From contig JBHGNT010000020.1 in the NCBI GenBank assembly GCA_043228905.1, forward strand, positions 7,006,001 to 7,070,000: 64,000 bases of DNA, read 5' to 3'. The notes beneath the pieces are model-generated. The model saw nothing but the letters and a program-made list of their open reading frames with translations, had not been told where the DNA came from and did no database searches. The stretch comes from Azolla caroliniana. Lineage: Eukaryota; Plantae; Polypodiophyta. The position numbers and the translations under genes are program-made. Of the stretch, positions 62,901-64,000 are shown one piece after another (position 1 is the first letter of the stretch; every line of letters starts with the position of its first letter).

Positions 62901-64000
62901 CAGTAAACTCGAGCCGGATTCCCTTCGTGCGACAGTACTCCTCGAACTGCCCCCGGTATTCCCCTCCGTTATCCGCTCGTATCGCTTTCAGCTCCCTACC
63001 GGATTCCCTTTCCATTCTCGCGTGGAGTTCTTTGAAGACGGACAATACTTGGTCCTTTGTCTTCAACGGTGCCGTCCACAGCTTCCGGCTATGGTCATCT
63101 ATGAATGTTACGAAGTACTGGGCTCCGCCATGTGACTTCGTTTCTACCTGACACACGTCAGTGTGCACCAACTCCAATGGTGCGCTACGTCTCGTCGGTG
63201 GCCTTGAGTGGAAGGAGGTCCGGTTTTGCTTACCGGCCAGACAGTCGATACACTTCCCCAAGTGTACATGCTTTACCGGTATCAGGTTGTCTTCGGCAAG
63301 CCTCTTCATCCCCTTCTCGCTCATGTGGCACAGTCTCTTGTGCCACAGCTCACCGTCAGTGTCAGCTGCCACGTTCAGCTCCTCCGGACATAGCCTGGAA
63401 TTCATCAGGTACAGTGTGTTGATCTTCCGGGCCCGAGCCACTATCAGGCTCCCTTTGCTGAACTTCATGACACCGTTCCGGATGCTACCCGTGTAGCCTT
63501 CATCGTCTAGCCTCCCGGCCGAAATCAGGTTCAATCGAACCTCCGGAACGTGTCGAACATCCTTCAGCAGCATCTTGCATCCGGTTGATGTCATCAACCA
63601 CACGTCTCCTATGCCGGCAATCCGGCATGTACCTTCATTTCCCATCCGGACACAGCCGTGCTCACCAGCTGTGTAGGATGAGAAGTATTTCTTCTCCGGG
63701 GTCAGGTGGAACGACGCTCCGGAATCGACCACCCAGGTCATCTCTTCACTGGCAAGGTTCAGCTCCCTCTCTTCGGTAATGAGCATTATCTCTTCTTCAC
63801 TTGCCGCGAGTGCCGTCGTTCCTTTCCGGTCCTGCCCTCGCCGATCCGGACCTCTCCGGTCCGTGGCTCCCCGGTATGCACCGTTTCGCTCCGGTGACTT
63901 CTTCGAATCGGTGTCGTCGGCACCGTTGTCCTTTCGGTAATGCCGACAGTTCTTCCGGAAGTGCCCCGGCTTCCCACAGTGGAAGCATGTGGGTCTTCCT
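59948..64000 (-). mobile_element. Young Tnt1/Tork-like Copia, 3' LTR 59948-60599, runs off window
   Basis: Minus-strand TGTTGGGA...CAACA LTR; PPT GAAGGGGGAG; 28-bp repeats at 60421-60515. Confidence 0.95.
60610..64000 (-). pseudogene. pol: Copia gag end and pol, in frame except one premature stop at ~61702
   Basis: ORFs 61702-63786 and 60610-61677 are in the same frame; CFHCGKPGHFRKNC, WVVDSGASFH, LYVDDML, FTDSDM. Confidence 0.95.

Noticed and set aside
60547-63897. Many plus-strand ORFs over Copia pol (and similar antisense ORFs elsewhere)
   Set aside because: Shadow frames of GC-rich retroelement coding sequence without motifs

Overview
There is no intact host protein gene in this window. 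It is a deeply nested, mostly decayed LTR-retrotransposon stack from a plant nuclear genome. A non-seed land plant (fern, lycophyte or bryophyte) is my inference from the Tcn1-like chromovirus and the atypical Gypsy families. Resolved by LTRs and target-site duplications (TSDs): three copies of an Athila/Tat-related non-chromovirus Gypsy family with a long extra ORF after pol (1-14201, ~28937-30950, 32545-56421); a complete chromovirus (14218-19994) plus a solo LTR; a short-LTR Gypsy with 4-bp TSDs and a tRNA-Ala PBS, with two internally deleted derivatives; at least seven Copia elements or remnants; several solo LTRs; five TGTCG...GACA non-coding inserts that all sit in 4-bp NCGN sites; and a decayed tandem array of about 11 tRNA-Leu(UAG)-derived units with a ~1.14 kb dimeric period (21274-28935). 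The most unusual signal is in the extra-ORF Gypsy family: all three copies lack a polypurine tract next to the 3' LTR and carry instead a copy of a tRNA 3' end including CCA, i.e. a second, inverted primer-binding site. Also notable are the CpG-centred insertion family and antisense tRNA-like A/B-box cassettes inside two unrelated element families. Everything was read by eye with no database searches; tRNA identities rest on recalled plant tRNA sequences.
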